Part shown: positions 38,291 to 51,941 of the stretch, piece after piece
Layout of the letters: each line of letters starts with the position of its first letter
Numbering within the stretch: the first letter of the stretch is position 1
From: the human T2T-CHM13v2.0 reference genome, Homo sapiens
Reading direction: 5' to 3' (one strand)
Assembly (NCBI RefSeq): GCF_009914755.1
Contig: NC_060935.1
DNA: 64,000 nucleotides
Notes under the pieces: model-generated
Told to the model about the DNA's origin: nothing
The model's database searches: none
The model's input: the letters and a program-made list of their open reading frames with translations, nothing else
Program-made: the position numbers and the translations under genes

Positions 38291-39670
38291 CAAGAATATT
38301 TTAAACATTCTCAAGCCCTTTGCCCAAGCGCACAGACATTTTACAAGATTTTAGGTAGAATCACGAGTGTGTGTCTGTGTGCGTGTGTGTGTGCACGCCA
38401 GCATATTGGAACTAACTGCCCTTCAACTTTATTTTGGGCCTGTCTGGCAGCCAAGAGTCAGACACCAAATGGTACTCATGTCTCTCTCATCCTCACTCCC
38501 AGTACTAATTATCTTGCTCTCTAAGAAAATGTCTGCCTGCCCCTGAGCCTTCTTACCTGTCAGGAGTATTGGTGGTGCCTCCAGACCAAGGGACACCTGA
38601 GTTGAAAACTGGAAAGGACCTTCCTCACTGTAAGACACTAAACGGTGGGCTGAAGTGCTAAAGTGCTGTTCATGTTTTTAAAGACCGAAAGGGGGCCCTG
38701 AGGAACTGCTGCAGCTCTGGGGCAGAGGCAGATGTCCAGTTGGGGTGATGGGCCATGAGCCCAAGAGCCAGGGCTGTGGAGTACAGGCGGAGAGTGTGGC
38801 AGGAGATGGGCATGGTCCTGCCCAGAGGCAGGTGCTTTGCTCATTTTGGGGCATCTGTGCATGGTGTGGTGTGGGTGGGGACCAAGTTGAAGGAATCGGC
38901 AATAAGCCGTGTCTGTCCGATCTGTTTTCTGCTCTATGTTAGTGCATGGATTAGGAATAGGGAGATTTGGGACAGTGCCCTTGTGCAGCTTGTGGCTGAG
39001 GGTTTGAGGAATTTTTCTATCATCCCTTTAAATGAAGATGACAGAGGTCTTCCCAGGGACTTAATAATAGATTCAATTAAGAGTAAGGCCATGTGGCTGC
39101 AAATACATTAAAGATTTTTTTTTTCCATTCTGTAGAACAAGTACAGAATGTCTATGTCATTTCAAACCAGGCTCTCTTAATCTGATTATGTCCAGTTGTG
39201 ATAGAATGGAGTCAGGCTTTGACCTGAGCCCAAAGAAGCTGTCCTGTACCCACCCACCACTGTTCCCAGCTTGCATGGCTGCTCAGGCCCTGGAAGGGTC
39301 TTACACTTAGAAAAGCTTTATATCCTTACATGAAGGACAGAACAGGCAGCTATATGGTGAGGAAATGTACAGACACAAATATCCATATATTGAATAATTG
39401 GCTGGCTGGGGAGAATGGAACACTCTGTTGCCTCTTACTCACACTTATCTGCTTAAAATGGCTTCTACTGATGGAAGCCCCAGGAAGAAGGCAGCTTGCT
39501 TACAAGGATCACCCTGGAGGATGCATGGCTACATGCACACAATTTCGAAACGAGAGTATTTACATTCGGTTGGTGCAGCTGAACAGAGGACAGAACCTCA
39601 TTTGCTTTCCATTACACTCACACTTGGTGTGTAAGGGTAAAGGACTCAAACTGGTATTTTGCTAAAGGAG

Positions 39671-40112
39671 TGTATCTGTTAGGACTAGGTTTCCTTGCAA
39701 GTAATGGAAACCTGGAAAGTAAACACTTAAATAATACAGACATCCATTTTTCACATGCAAAATTCTGAAGATAGGGAGTCAGGGCTGGTGTGCTGCCTCT
39801 GTAATCTCCCAGGATCTGTGCTCCTCTGCACCATCCCTGGTGTGATGCTTGACCTCATGGTCTCAGCCAGAGCCACAGCCATCCCAGAATTCTCCTTTCA
39901 AGCAGTACAAAGGGAGGAGGAAAGGTCAAAGAGCATAAGCCAACTGTTTTAGGAAAATTATTGGAAGCTCCCACACAACCCTCCTGCTAGCTGGAGCTTA
40001 ATCACACGGCTCCATCTACCGGCAAAGGAGGTCGGGCCATGGTCTATTGAAAATCAATGATTCTATGAAGGTGAGAATGGATATTGGCATAGAAAGTTAG
40101 CAATCTCTGCCT
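39671..40112 (-). mobile_element. MLT1J-like MaLR LTR
   Basis: 'gttaggactaggtttccttgcaagtaatggaaacc...ttaatcacacggctccatctaccggcaaaggagg...gaatggatattgg...agcaatctctgcc'. Confidence 0.75.
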
Positions 40113-40939
40113 CGGATCAGGAGAAATCCATTACATTTAATATCTAAAAATCTGATATTCCCAGGAGTAGATGCTTCTCAAATATATATTTGTTTCTCTC
40201 TGCCAAGCCGTAACTTAATCTCTTGTGACTAATCCTAGCTTCAAAGATTTGGACAAGCTCTTTAGATTGAATCTAGGGAAAACCTTGGAAATATTCAAGT
40301 TTGCTTTGACTTTTCTGTGTTCTCAGTGTTTCTTTTTTTGCATTCTACTTGAATTAAAGAAGAATCTTTGCATGATAAGAGTTTACTGATACTGGTGATC
40401 GGTCCCACAAAGTATTTCCTCTTCCCTCTGCATTCATTCACTTTGCATAGTCTGTACAGCCCAGTAATGGAAATGTGATCTACAGTCAGAGGACAAGTCA
40501 AAAGTTGAAGACTCTTTTAGAAGATCAAATCAAGATCCGATAGGCTCTTTTAGAAACTTGGATTTCCTCTTTGCTGTATCCCTCCCAGGTCAAATCATGA
40601 TTATCACCGCCTGCACTGGGATCTCTTGGAGGTTAATTAGTTATCTGTATTGCAGCTCCAGTCTTTTATTGAATAGTTTTCTCTCCTTATCTTTGGCATA
40701 CTACATGAAATTTTAACTAGGCTTTTTAGGGATTTAGAATTTTTTCCCTGTGAAAACTTAATTTTGAATGGTGTCTTTGTGATATTATTCTTGGATAAAC
40801 TAACACTAAAACTGTGCTTTCAAAAAACAAAGCTTTTCTCAATTATTATTGTCTCATATGTCCCACAATGGCCAGCCAGCTTTTCATTACCATCCAGTGA
40901 ACTCTGTTCTGTTGATCAGAGTGAAATCAAATAACTGAG

Positions 40940-41150
40940 GAAGTACGGCATAGCAGTTAGGCACTCAGGCATGGATTCAGAAATACGCGGAATTCAGTAG
41001 GGCTCTGGCACCTACTAACAATTTGGTTACTCTCCCTGGCTTTCAGATTTGCACCCGTTAAATGACAACAATACCTACTGTGAGGTGTTGTGAAGAGTTT
41101 ATGGGACAATGTATGAAAAGCACGTAGCTTACTAAGTGTTCAGTAACTGC
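40940..41150 (+). mobile_element. MIR SINE
   Basis: 'ggcatagcagttaggcactcaggc...ggctctggcacctactaac...aatacctact...gacaatgtatgaaaagcacgtagc'. Confidence 0.7.
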
Positions 41151-41449
41151 AGTGTGTGTGTATGTATCTCAGGCAGAGAAAACCACGCAAATAACAGAAA
41201 GCACCTAAACTAAAAAAAGTTTTCAATCAACCTAACTTGTCAATTTCAGATTCTGTTTCCTGTCCATAATATTGCTAGAAATTATCAAAGCAAGGTAGAT
41301 TTTTAAATAATAATGTATTCTGCTCTCTAAAAGTCCTGTCTTATGTTAATAAAAAAAATGAAAGCCACTAAGAGACTGAAATATTTTTAAAACTACGTTT
41401 TCAATACAGACAGTAGCAATTGACTCACAACAAAAAAGATGTGGAATTA

Positions 41450-42850
<1,401 letters not shown>

Positions 42851-43406
42851 ACTCGGGCAGCTTTGTTCAGACCATCTATTTGTTCAGATGGTCTCTTCCT
42901 GCTGCATCCAAAAGCTACTCAGAGATGCAGGTGTTTGCCATTCTAATCCACTTTGCCAAAGCCTGAGGCTCCAAAGTGGGGGACACATCAGCTGAGCCTG
43001 TTTGAAGCACATCTTAATGACTGGGTTCTGATTTATCATTTTTGTTGTTGTTAAATGCTGACTCCCCAAAATCTAGCATGAACTGGGGAGTATTTCCCCC
43101 ATTTCATTTTGGAACACTGAAGACCACATCAGTCAGCAGGAAACCAAACCTCTGTCGATGATTTTCCCTTCCTTTTTCACATATTTTACCCATCCCTTAT
43201 GTCCCATTGACTCTAAATGGAACTTAATGTCTTGTGTACTGAATTGAAAGTGAGGCTCTACAAAATTAATTATCATGGCTTGATTCAGTCTCCAATCTCT
43301 GAAACTTAGAGTTTTCTATAAAGTTTTGAAGGTTGTTCTGTCTTCTAGTCTTCAAAGGAGTTTCAGTTTGCTGCATATCCTTTTCACTGTTTGAATCAGG
43401 GTTCTG

Positions 43407-43674
43407 TCTCTCTCTCTCTCTCTCTATCTCTATCTCTCCCTCTCTCTCTCTCTACCTCTCCATCTCTCTCCCTCTCTCACTCCCTCCCTCTCTCACTCTC
43501 TCCCTCTCTCTCTCTATCTCTGCCTCTCTCTCCCTCTCTCTCCCTCTCTCTCCCTCTCTCCCTCCCTCTCTCTCTCTCTCCCTCCCTCTCTCCTTCTCTC
43601 CCTCCCTCTCTCTCTCTCTCTCTCTCCCTCCCTCTCTCTCCCTCCCTCTCTCTCCCTCCCTCTCTCTCCCTCCC

Positions 43675-43723
<49 letters not shown>
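43407..43723. repeat. ~300-bp (CT)n/(CCCT)-rich polypyrimidine tract followed by (CA)9
   Basis: Read directly. Confidence 0.97.
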
Positions 43724-44594
43724 GCCATACAATTTAGAAGAGCAAACAGCTGGACATAAAACCTATTTTGGTCTTCTTAATGAATCAGAACTCCTACCAC
43801 AGAGAGTGATTTCTGAATCAAATTTTATAGGGAGGGGTTCTGTTTCTCATGGTATATTACGCTCAGACAATGCATATTAGGGCAGAGAGAGAAAATGAGA
43901 CAGCCCAAAATCATGAATATCCAAAGCAGCCCAACTCTATCTCTTCAAGGCTATGTTGAACCAAAACCCCCTTGTGAGCTGTTCTGAGTTGCAGATCTGT
44001 TTGCACATGAGCTTGGAGCATACTGGGTAAACAGGAGTGGTTGGTAAATTCTATTTCACTTCACCAGTGAGCTGAAAAAGCATTGGGTAATATGTTATGA
44101 GTTGTAGATCTGTTTGATTGCATTGTTGCAAAGTGGGAATTGTTTTGCAACATAGATTCTTAATCACGGAGGCATCTATGATTGAATGCGTCGAAAATTG
44201 GCTGAAATTGAAAGTTAACTATACTGCAGACGGCTTATTCTGGTGTATAATTGAAAATAAATTCTAATAACTCTTCTTGAAAGAGCTGCTCAGAGGAAAT
44301 TTCAAGCCCCCTGGAAAAAAAAAAAAAGTGCTTTCTCAAAGAGACTGTCTCTCTGCATAATACAGTAATGAAAATAAAGCTCTCTTCTAAGCCTAAACTA
44401 GCTTCTCCATGACGCGAATGCACTGACCAAAATATGTCGATGTTGAACGCTTGCAGACTTATTTTGTAATGTGCCTCCCAAGCCTTTATGCTGGAGAGGC
44501 CTTATCATTTCTCTTTGAAGTAACTTTAGGATGATTTTATACAAGGACAACCCAATAGAAAAAAAAAAAAAAGAGTGAGCTTCTTTAATCAAAC

Positions 44595-44795
44595 AGTCTT
44601 TAGTTTGAATTCTTGCTCCAGTCTTTGTGAACTTTGTGACTTCAGCAATATTTTTGTTGTTGTTGTTTCTGAGCTTCTGTTTCTGTCTTTGTAAAATGGG
44701 TTTAATAATATAATTTAATTTCCTCTGTTTTGCATACTTGTAAATATTACAAATAATATATTTACATGAATAGTACTTTGTATATAATTGGTATT
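44595..44795 (+). mobile_element. MIR SINE relic
   Basis: 'gtttgaattcttgctcc...tgtgacttcagcaa...tctgagcttctgtttctgtctttgtaaaatggg'. Confidence 0.65.
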
Positions 44796-44897
44796 CAACA
44801 CCTTGTAGGAGTTAGATTTGGATATGATACGTGTATATATACAGAAGCTGCATATTCATTTCAATATCATTCACATATGCATATTCTTGCTTAGATT

Positions 44898-46022
44898 TAG
44901 TCTTGCAACAAATAATGACCTTTTGGTCAACAACAAGCCGCATATTCCACGGTGATTTCCTAGGATTATAAAAGAGCTGAAAACTTGCTATTGCCTAGTG
45001 CTGTTGTAACCATCGTAACGTCATAGTGCAATGCATTACTTACGTATTTGTCCTGATGCTACTGTAAACATTTCTCCCTAGAGACTGACTGCTACCTCTA
45101 GGTGAAAATGAGACTTTTTAAAAGAGTGACACCTTCTCAAGAAGAGCCTTAGGCAGGTCCTTCAGGAGGGATTCCAGAATAAGGCATTGCTATCACAGGA
45201 GATGACATCTCCTGCGTGTTACTGCCCCTGAAAACCTTCCAGTGGGATGAGACGTGGAGGAGGCAGACAGTGATATTGATGATCCTGACCCCATGTAGGT
45301 CTCAGCTAATGTGTGTGTTTGTGTCTTAGTTTTTAACAAAACAGTTTTAAAAGTAAAACACAAAGAAAATTTAAAAATAGAAAAAAACTTACAGAATAAG
45401 GATATAAAGAAAGATAATGTTTTTGTACAACTGTATGACGTGTGTACTAAGTACTAATATTACTATAAAAGAGTTTAAAAGTTTAAAAAATAAAAAAGCT
45501 TGTCAAGTAAAAAAGTTGTAATACAAGTTGAGCTAAAGTTAATTTATTATTGAATAAAGACTTTTTTATTAATTTAGTGTATTTAATTTTTATTAATTTA
45601 GTGTATTTATTAATTTAGTGTATCCCAAGTGTACAGTGTTTATAATGTGTACAGTAATGTCCTAGGCCTTCATATTCCCTCGCCTCTTCTCACTGACTCA
45701 CCCAGAGGAACTTCCAGTCCTGCAAACTCCATTCATAGTAAGTGCCCTATACAGGGGCACTAGTTTTTCTTTTGTACTCTATTTTTACTGTACCTTTCCT
45801 CTGTTTTGTTATATTTAGATACATGAATATTTGCCATTATGTTACAATTATCTGTAGTATTTAGTACCGTCACATGCTGCACAGGTCTGTGGCTTAGGAC
45901 CCCTACGCTCCACGGTCTACCATCGAGGTTCGTGTAAGTGCTCTATGATGTTCATACAATGGGGAGATGGCCATAGGATGCATTTGTTAGAATGTATTCT
46001 GTGGTTAAGTGACAAGAGGCTG
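44898..46022 (+). mobile_element. Tigger3b (Golem) TcMar-Tigger non-autonomous DNA transposon
   Basis: 5' 'agtcttgcaacaaataatgaccttttggtcaacaacaagccgcatat...gagctgaaaacttgctattgcctagtg'; internal 'caggtccttcaggagggattccagaa'; 3' 'gttaagtgacaagaggctg' followed by TA. Confidence 0.88.
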
Positions 46023-46230
46023 TATTTAAGCCCCTAACCTCCTCCATTTCTGCACGCCTATGGGCAACAATTGAGTAGGAGAATCAGAAGGAGACACAGA
46101 GCCCCACCACGGAGGACTGAACACTCCAGTCTCGGATGCAGAAAAACTAGAGTTCCGAATCTGGCTCAAGGTTAACCTCTCTACGGCTACATTTTTTCCG
46201 TCTGTACAACTGAAGTAACAGCTTTATATA

Positions 46231-46445
46231 TAGCTGTCTCTTGGTATCTGCAGCAGATTCGTTCCAGGACCCCCACAAATACCAAAATTCAAGGCTACTC
46301 AGGCCCAGCGTTCCTCCCTGCGGAACCCTCGGAAACCAAATGAGCTCTCCCTATCCACAGGCGTGGCATCCTGAAAACACCTTGCTTTCCATCCATGGTT
46401 GGTCGAATCCTGAGTTCGGGAGCTGTGGACACGGAGGGTCAACTG
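46231..46445 (+). mobile_element. MER2/MER8-like Tigger-derived MITE
   Basis: 'ggtatctgcagcagattcgttccaggacccccacaaataccaaaat' and the terminus 'acacggagggtcaactg'; imperfect TIRs; follows a TA run inside MIR-like DNA. Confidence 0.8.
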
Positions 46446-46564
46446 AACTCCAGTGCACTGCGTTGTAACATAAAACGATGCAGACTGCCTGGCATCTGTG
46501 AAGTTCTTTTGAAACGTGTGCTTGCAGTCGCCCCTGCAGACGCAGCGGCTGCACTGTTTGTGCG

Positions 46565-46780
46565 CTGCTCCAGAGCCCACGGAAGGAGAATGGGCTTCAG
46601 AACGAAACAGATCTGGACTCCTCCCGACTCTTCCTCTAACAGGCTATGAAACCTTGAGCAAGTGACTGTATGTCTGTGAGGCCACATTCCCACGTAAAAT
46701 AGAGATTATAACACCTTTCAGTGGAAGGAGGAAGCTTTATTGAGATGGCGAACACCATGGGCACTAACCATGTTAGCTTT
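46565..46780 (+). mobile_element. MIR SINE relic
   Basis: 'aaacagatctggact...gctatgaaaccttgagcaagtgact...cgtaaaatagagattataaca'. Confidence 0.65.
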
Positions 46781-48202
46781 CTCCTTAACTCCTCTCCGCT
46801 TGTTGTCAGCCTAGTTTTGAGCAGCAGTGGACTTTAGTGTTGCTTTTTTCATGGTGGCTTCCGCTCAGGAATGGCTAGATAGATTGTCATCTTTGAGATG
46901 AGGAAGAACCCAGATTGCCCTTAAAGCTGGTTCTTTCTGTGTCCAGAGAAGTCCCCTGTTTCCCTCTTGTCTTCTAAATGAAACATCTGCTTCTTAGTCC
47001 AAGTCAGCAGATGCCAACCTGGGTACACAAGCTGTCTACTCCATTTCCCGGTCAGCTCCAACAATGCTGTGCTCACTTCCCTTCCAAAAATAAGTCCAGT
47101 GAAGTCTGCGATGCATAGCCAGGACATCCATCCTCGGCTGGCTATGGTGAATGTGGCCCCTGAGCTCGTCTTCTCCTTGGAAGGCCAGAGTCACCCTCTG
47201 TAGAGAAAGCAACTAAATCACAAGAAAAGAGACACTCCAGGTGCCAGGGCAGTACTCTTTAAGGAATGTTTGTGCATATTGAGGGTGATTTGGAAGTGCT
47301 CTGCATACAACCACATCACATCTCCCTCCCTTGTTCTCAAACTGGGTTCAAGGCCCACCCACCTGTATTCGTAGGTCTTTTCCAGATGGCCCACTGTCTA
47401 GATCATACTGCCTAGGTGTGCACTACTTTTAACACGCCAGGTGCTCTCTACTTGTAATAATCCTGTCTCTTCTGCTTGTGAGTGAAGCCTGGCCTACCCC
47501 CAAGGCTGATAAGTGGCAACTATATATCTGACCTCCTCATACCATTATTGAGGGTAGTAATTATCTGCTCATCTCTGCTCCCGTTCCTCACCACCAACCG
47601 TCTTTCCAGTTCCTGTGGTGCCCAAGCCAAAAGAACAAAACCACACCAATCTTAAGTAGATATTTTGCATGAAATTTGATCTACTGAAAGCCAGGCTGGC
47701 TCATCAACCTGGTGGTGCACAAGAGAAGGTATCTCGCAGAGATGTTACAAGGATTAGACATTAATTAAAGTTCTTGGGATAAATGTGCTCTCAACAATGG
47801 TAGAATTTTCTATTTGCTTTGCAGACTCTGATTCTAGTCTCTTCCTATAAATCAGTTTCTCTGTGGACTGATGACTAACAAAGCAAAATATCCTCCATAG
47901 CCCCATGTCCTCAGTAGCCGTATTTAACCAGGTCACATGGCTACACCAAGCGTAACACAAGCCTTAATGTTGTGACCACAGTTATTTTAGGAGCTCCTTT
48001 AGTTTGACAAATCCCAGTTCTTCTGCAGCATAACCTTTTCTGGGATGAAGAGCATAGTAGTTACCAATCACAGGAAAAATGTACCTTATTGATAAGGTTA
48101 GGAGCATTATTTTCATATAAGAGAGGGCAGTCTATAGACAGTTTTTTAAATTTAAGTTTAAAAAACTTTTAAAAACTTAATTTGAAAACATGCTAACAAG
48201 GA

Positions 48203-48506
48203 GGCAGGGTGTGGTGGCTCATGTCTGTAATCCCAGCACTTTGGGAGGCCGAGACGGGCAGATCACCTGAGGTCAGGAGTTCAAGACCAGCCTGGCCAAC
48301 ATGCTGAAACCCTGTCTCTACAAAAACACAAAAATTAGCCGGGCATGATGGCGGGTGCCTGTAATCCCAGCTACTGGGGAGGTTGAGGCAGCAGAATCGC
48401 CTGAACCCAGGAGGCGGAGGTTGTGGTGAGCTGAGATTGCACCATTGCATTCCAGCCTAGGTGACACAGCGAGACTCCTTCAAAAAAAAAAAAAAAAAAA
48501 AAAAAA
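48203..48506 (+). mobile_element. AluS SINE (Sx/Sq-like)
   Basis: 'gatcacctgaggtcaggagttcaagaccagcctggccaac'; ~25-nt A tail. Confidence 0.95.
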
Positions 48507-48634
48507 GATGCCTAATAGGTAAATCACATAAAGAAAACTTTTCTGGAATTGCTCTGATAAAATGAAATGGGCTGGCTTCAAGTCATACCATTATGACATC
48601 CCATTTCTACCCCCTTCTAAGGATAACGATAGCA

Positions 48635-48780
48635 TTCTGAAAACCTAGATTTTAGTCCCAGACTTTGCCACTAAATAGCCAGGAAATCTTGGACAATCTG
48701 TTTGGTCTCAGGTATTTTTGGTTTGTTTTGTTTTTTTAATTTCTAAAATAGAAACAGTATACTTCTCCCTGTACACCATA
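48635..48780 (+). mobile_element. MIR SINE relic
   Basis: 'aacctagattttagtcccagactttgccactaaatagcc...tcttggacaa'. Confidence 0.6.
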
Positions 48781-48809
48781 TGAAAAAAAAAAAGTTTAAA
48801 TTTAGAATA

Positions 48810-49035
48810 ATAACAACAACAATAATAGCTTAGACTCATTAAGTGCTTACAGGTATTCTTCTGAAAAACTTTGTATAAATAAACCAATTCAATCTTCACA
48901 GCACCTTCATCGGCCAGCTACTACTATTATACTCATTTGATATATGAGAATACTGAGACACAGAGAGGTCAAGTAACTTGCCTAAAGTCACACAGCTGTT
49001 GAGTGTCAAAGCTGAGAGTTCAAACCTGGCCACGT
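48810..49035 (-). mobile_element. MIR SINE
   Basis: 'tgagaatactgagacacagagaggtcaagtaacttgcctaaagtcacacagct'. Confidence 0.85.
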
Positions 49036-49593
49036 GAGCTCACACTGGTACAACTATCTCATATTGCCTTTGTAACAAATAAGACAGTGGTAGTCACAGC
49101 AGTGTGTATTCTAGAATGTTAAGACGTCTTTTAGCATAGAAATAATTGTAGACATACCATTTGGAATGGAAAGTGATACTACTACTTTGGATCTGTTTTT
49201 TGTTTGTTTTTCTTTCGGTTTGGGGATTTACTAAGAAGTTGTTGACTGTGCCTTCCTCTCTTTGCTGATAGCATTTATTTTCCAGAGAAAATGGCAATTT
49301 CTCAGATAAGAATTTGATAGTTGAAATGGAAGTGCCACTTTCAATAAAGAAATCTTAGAAAACTAAAAAAATTACACGTGCTGTCTTTGATATCACACCA
49401 CAGACATCCTACCTCGTAGGTCAGATATAGTTCTGCATAGTTGGGAACTGCAAGACCTAACTATTTTCTGTTTAACTAAGGGGTAGAAGAATCTCTTTCT
49501 GAAGCACAACCGTTGCCTCTGCCCCACCATGCAAAGACTTCTCGGGCCCTGTCTTGGGAGAGGCTGGTAACCTTTCAAAAAGTGAGTGGCCCT

Positions 49594-49962
<369 letters not shown>

Positions 49963-50589
49963 CTAGGAAGACATGGGGGCGTCCATCCCGGAGGAGGATG
50001 GTGGCAGAGAAGCTCCAATTCTGAGAACGTCTTTTTGTTTTCTTTCTTCTGTGATCTTGTGCTGGTTCTGTAACCTCCTTGCAGCTGGGAAGAATATAAT
50101 CTTCAAAGGGTTTCCTTAAGCCTAAGCAAAGGATGAGACCAAACCGGAGGAAACAGTACTTCCTGATGCTGGAAGGATAAATATGTGCAACCTGTTCTTA
50201 TGAGAATAAGACAAAGACTAAGAGCAAAAATGGGTTCAATAAAGGTTGAGATGCATATATCCTGAAAAAGATTATTCACAAAGGAAGACGCAGCCTTTGT
50301 TCGTTCTTACCTGTGGAAAGTAAAGCCCAGGGAGGACTCATTCCTCCCGTCAGAGGCTTCCTGCAGGCTCTCATCAGCCGTATTTTGGTGTTGCCTGAAC
50401 CATGAGATTGACCTAATTTGCCATCTTTTTTTCTTGCTAATGAGGCTGGCTCTACCCTACTGCTTAGAGAAAGATCTTGTGTTACTTTCCTAGTGAAATG
50501 TGAGACTTCGAGTCCAGAGGCCACACTTGCAGGATGTCTCACTCCACAGGTGATTTCAATTAAGTGCTGTGCCTGCTAAGCCAGTCACC

Positions 50590-50735
50590 TCACCCTTCTT
50601 AATATGGGAATTACCCATGAAGGGTTTAAAAAACCTGTAGATGTCCTTGTCCCACCCACTCTAAAACTACTGAAGCAGAATCTCAAGGAGGGACCTAAAC
50701 ATTAAAATTGTTTAAAATCTTCCTAGGCCATTTGG
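50590..50735. mobile_element. MER5A-like hAT relic
   Basis: 'gtcccacccac...actactgaagcagaatctc...tttaaaatcttcctagg'. Confidence 0.5.
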
Positions 50736-51124
50736 GATAAGAATGACTGTATCTGGCGCACAGTGTCTCCACATCAATAACTAAAGGCAACTGATCTCTG
50801 TCTTTTCTTTGCTCACCAGGCTACAGAATTAAGCAAGTTACTCGTATTTTCCAGACAGGAATATCAGCACTCTATATTTGCTGTCAGTACCAATACAAAG
50901 GGAATCATAGGGATGACATTGCTCAAGAGACCCGAAATTGGTCTACACAAGCAACCGCATATTCTTAGGAGCAGTCTCTCTGTGCTCATTTGCTACTTGA
51001 GGACAATTAATGGCTGTCGACACTGACACTGGTTCCTAATCCCTCTGGTCAGACTTGCATTCTTTACCCAGGTCAATGTGATAATGACAACGATCATGTT
51101 TTCCTTGTTCACTACACTGAGGAG

Positions 51125-51420
51125 TTCTGTAAAATGGCAGCATGACTTTGAATGGGAAGTCGGAGTTTTACTTGATATTCTGCTGCTGTGATCTTAGAAA
51201 GCCACTAATGTTGCTCAGCCTTAGTTTTCATTGTTTTGTTTTCTCATTGATAAAAAGAGGGGAGTTAGACTACATTGGTGGTTTTCAAAATCTGTTTCAC
51301 ATTGGAACACTTTAAAATAGACCAGACTGAAGGGATCGTCTCTGGTTGCAGCAGATCTTAGGTGGTAGAGCTGCGACCTACCTCTACGAAGCCTCTCTGA
51401 GACCTCCATGGATCCCTGGT
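51125..51420. mobile_element. MIR fragment followed by a MER102-like hAT fragment
   Basis: MIR 'gctgtgatcttagaaagccact...cagccttagttttc', then 'gtggttttcaaaatctg...ctctggttgcagc'. Confidence 0.5.
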
Positions 51421-51641
51421 CTGGTGAGGTCAAATGAAGAGAAAGTCTGAAGGTCATTCACTGATACCTGTCTGGGGTTTTGAACTGTCAGCCTGCCTGC
51501 CATTTCCAAGGGGGGGAAGCTATGGGTTGCCAACCTCTTTTCTTTGAGAGGAAAAGACTAGATAATTGGCAGTGGCCACAAAAGGTGCACTACTTGCAAA
51601 TTAATTCAGTGGATAACTGAGTTTCTTTAAAGCTCTAATAG

Positions 51642-51941
<300 letters not shown>

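Noticed and set aside
43333-43759. SL- and ER-repeat ORFs
   Set aside because: Translation of the (CT)n tract.
48141-48166. 10-bp perfect inverted repeat GTTTTTTAAA/TTTAAAAAAC
   Set aside because: A/T low-complexity; expected by chance.
48635-49035. Convergent MIR pair as a possible miRNA-like hairpin
   Set aside because: The copies are too diverged and separated by low-complexity DNA; I see no continuous stem.
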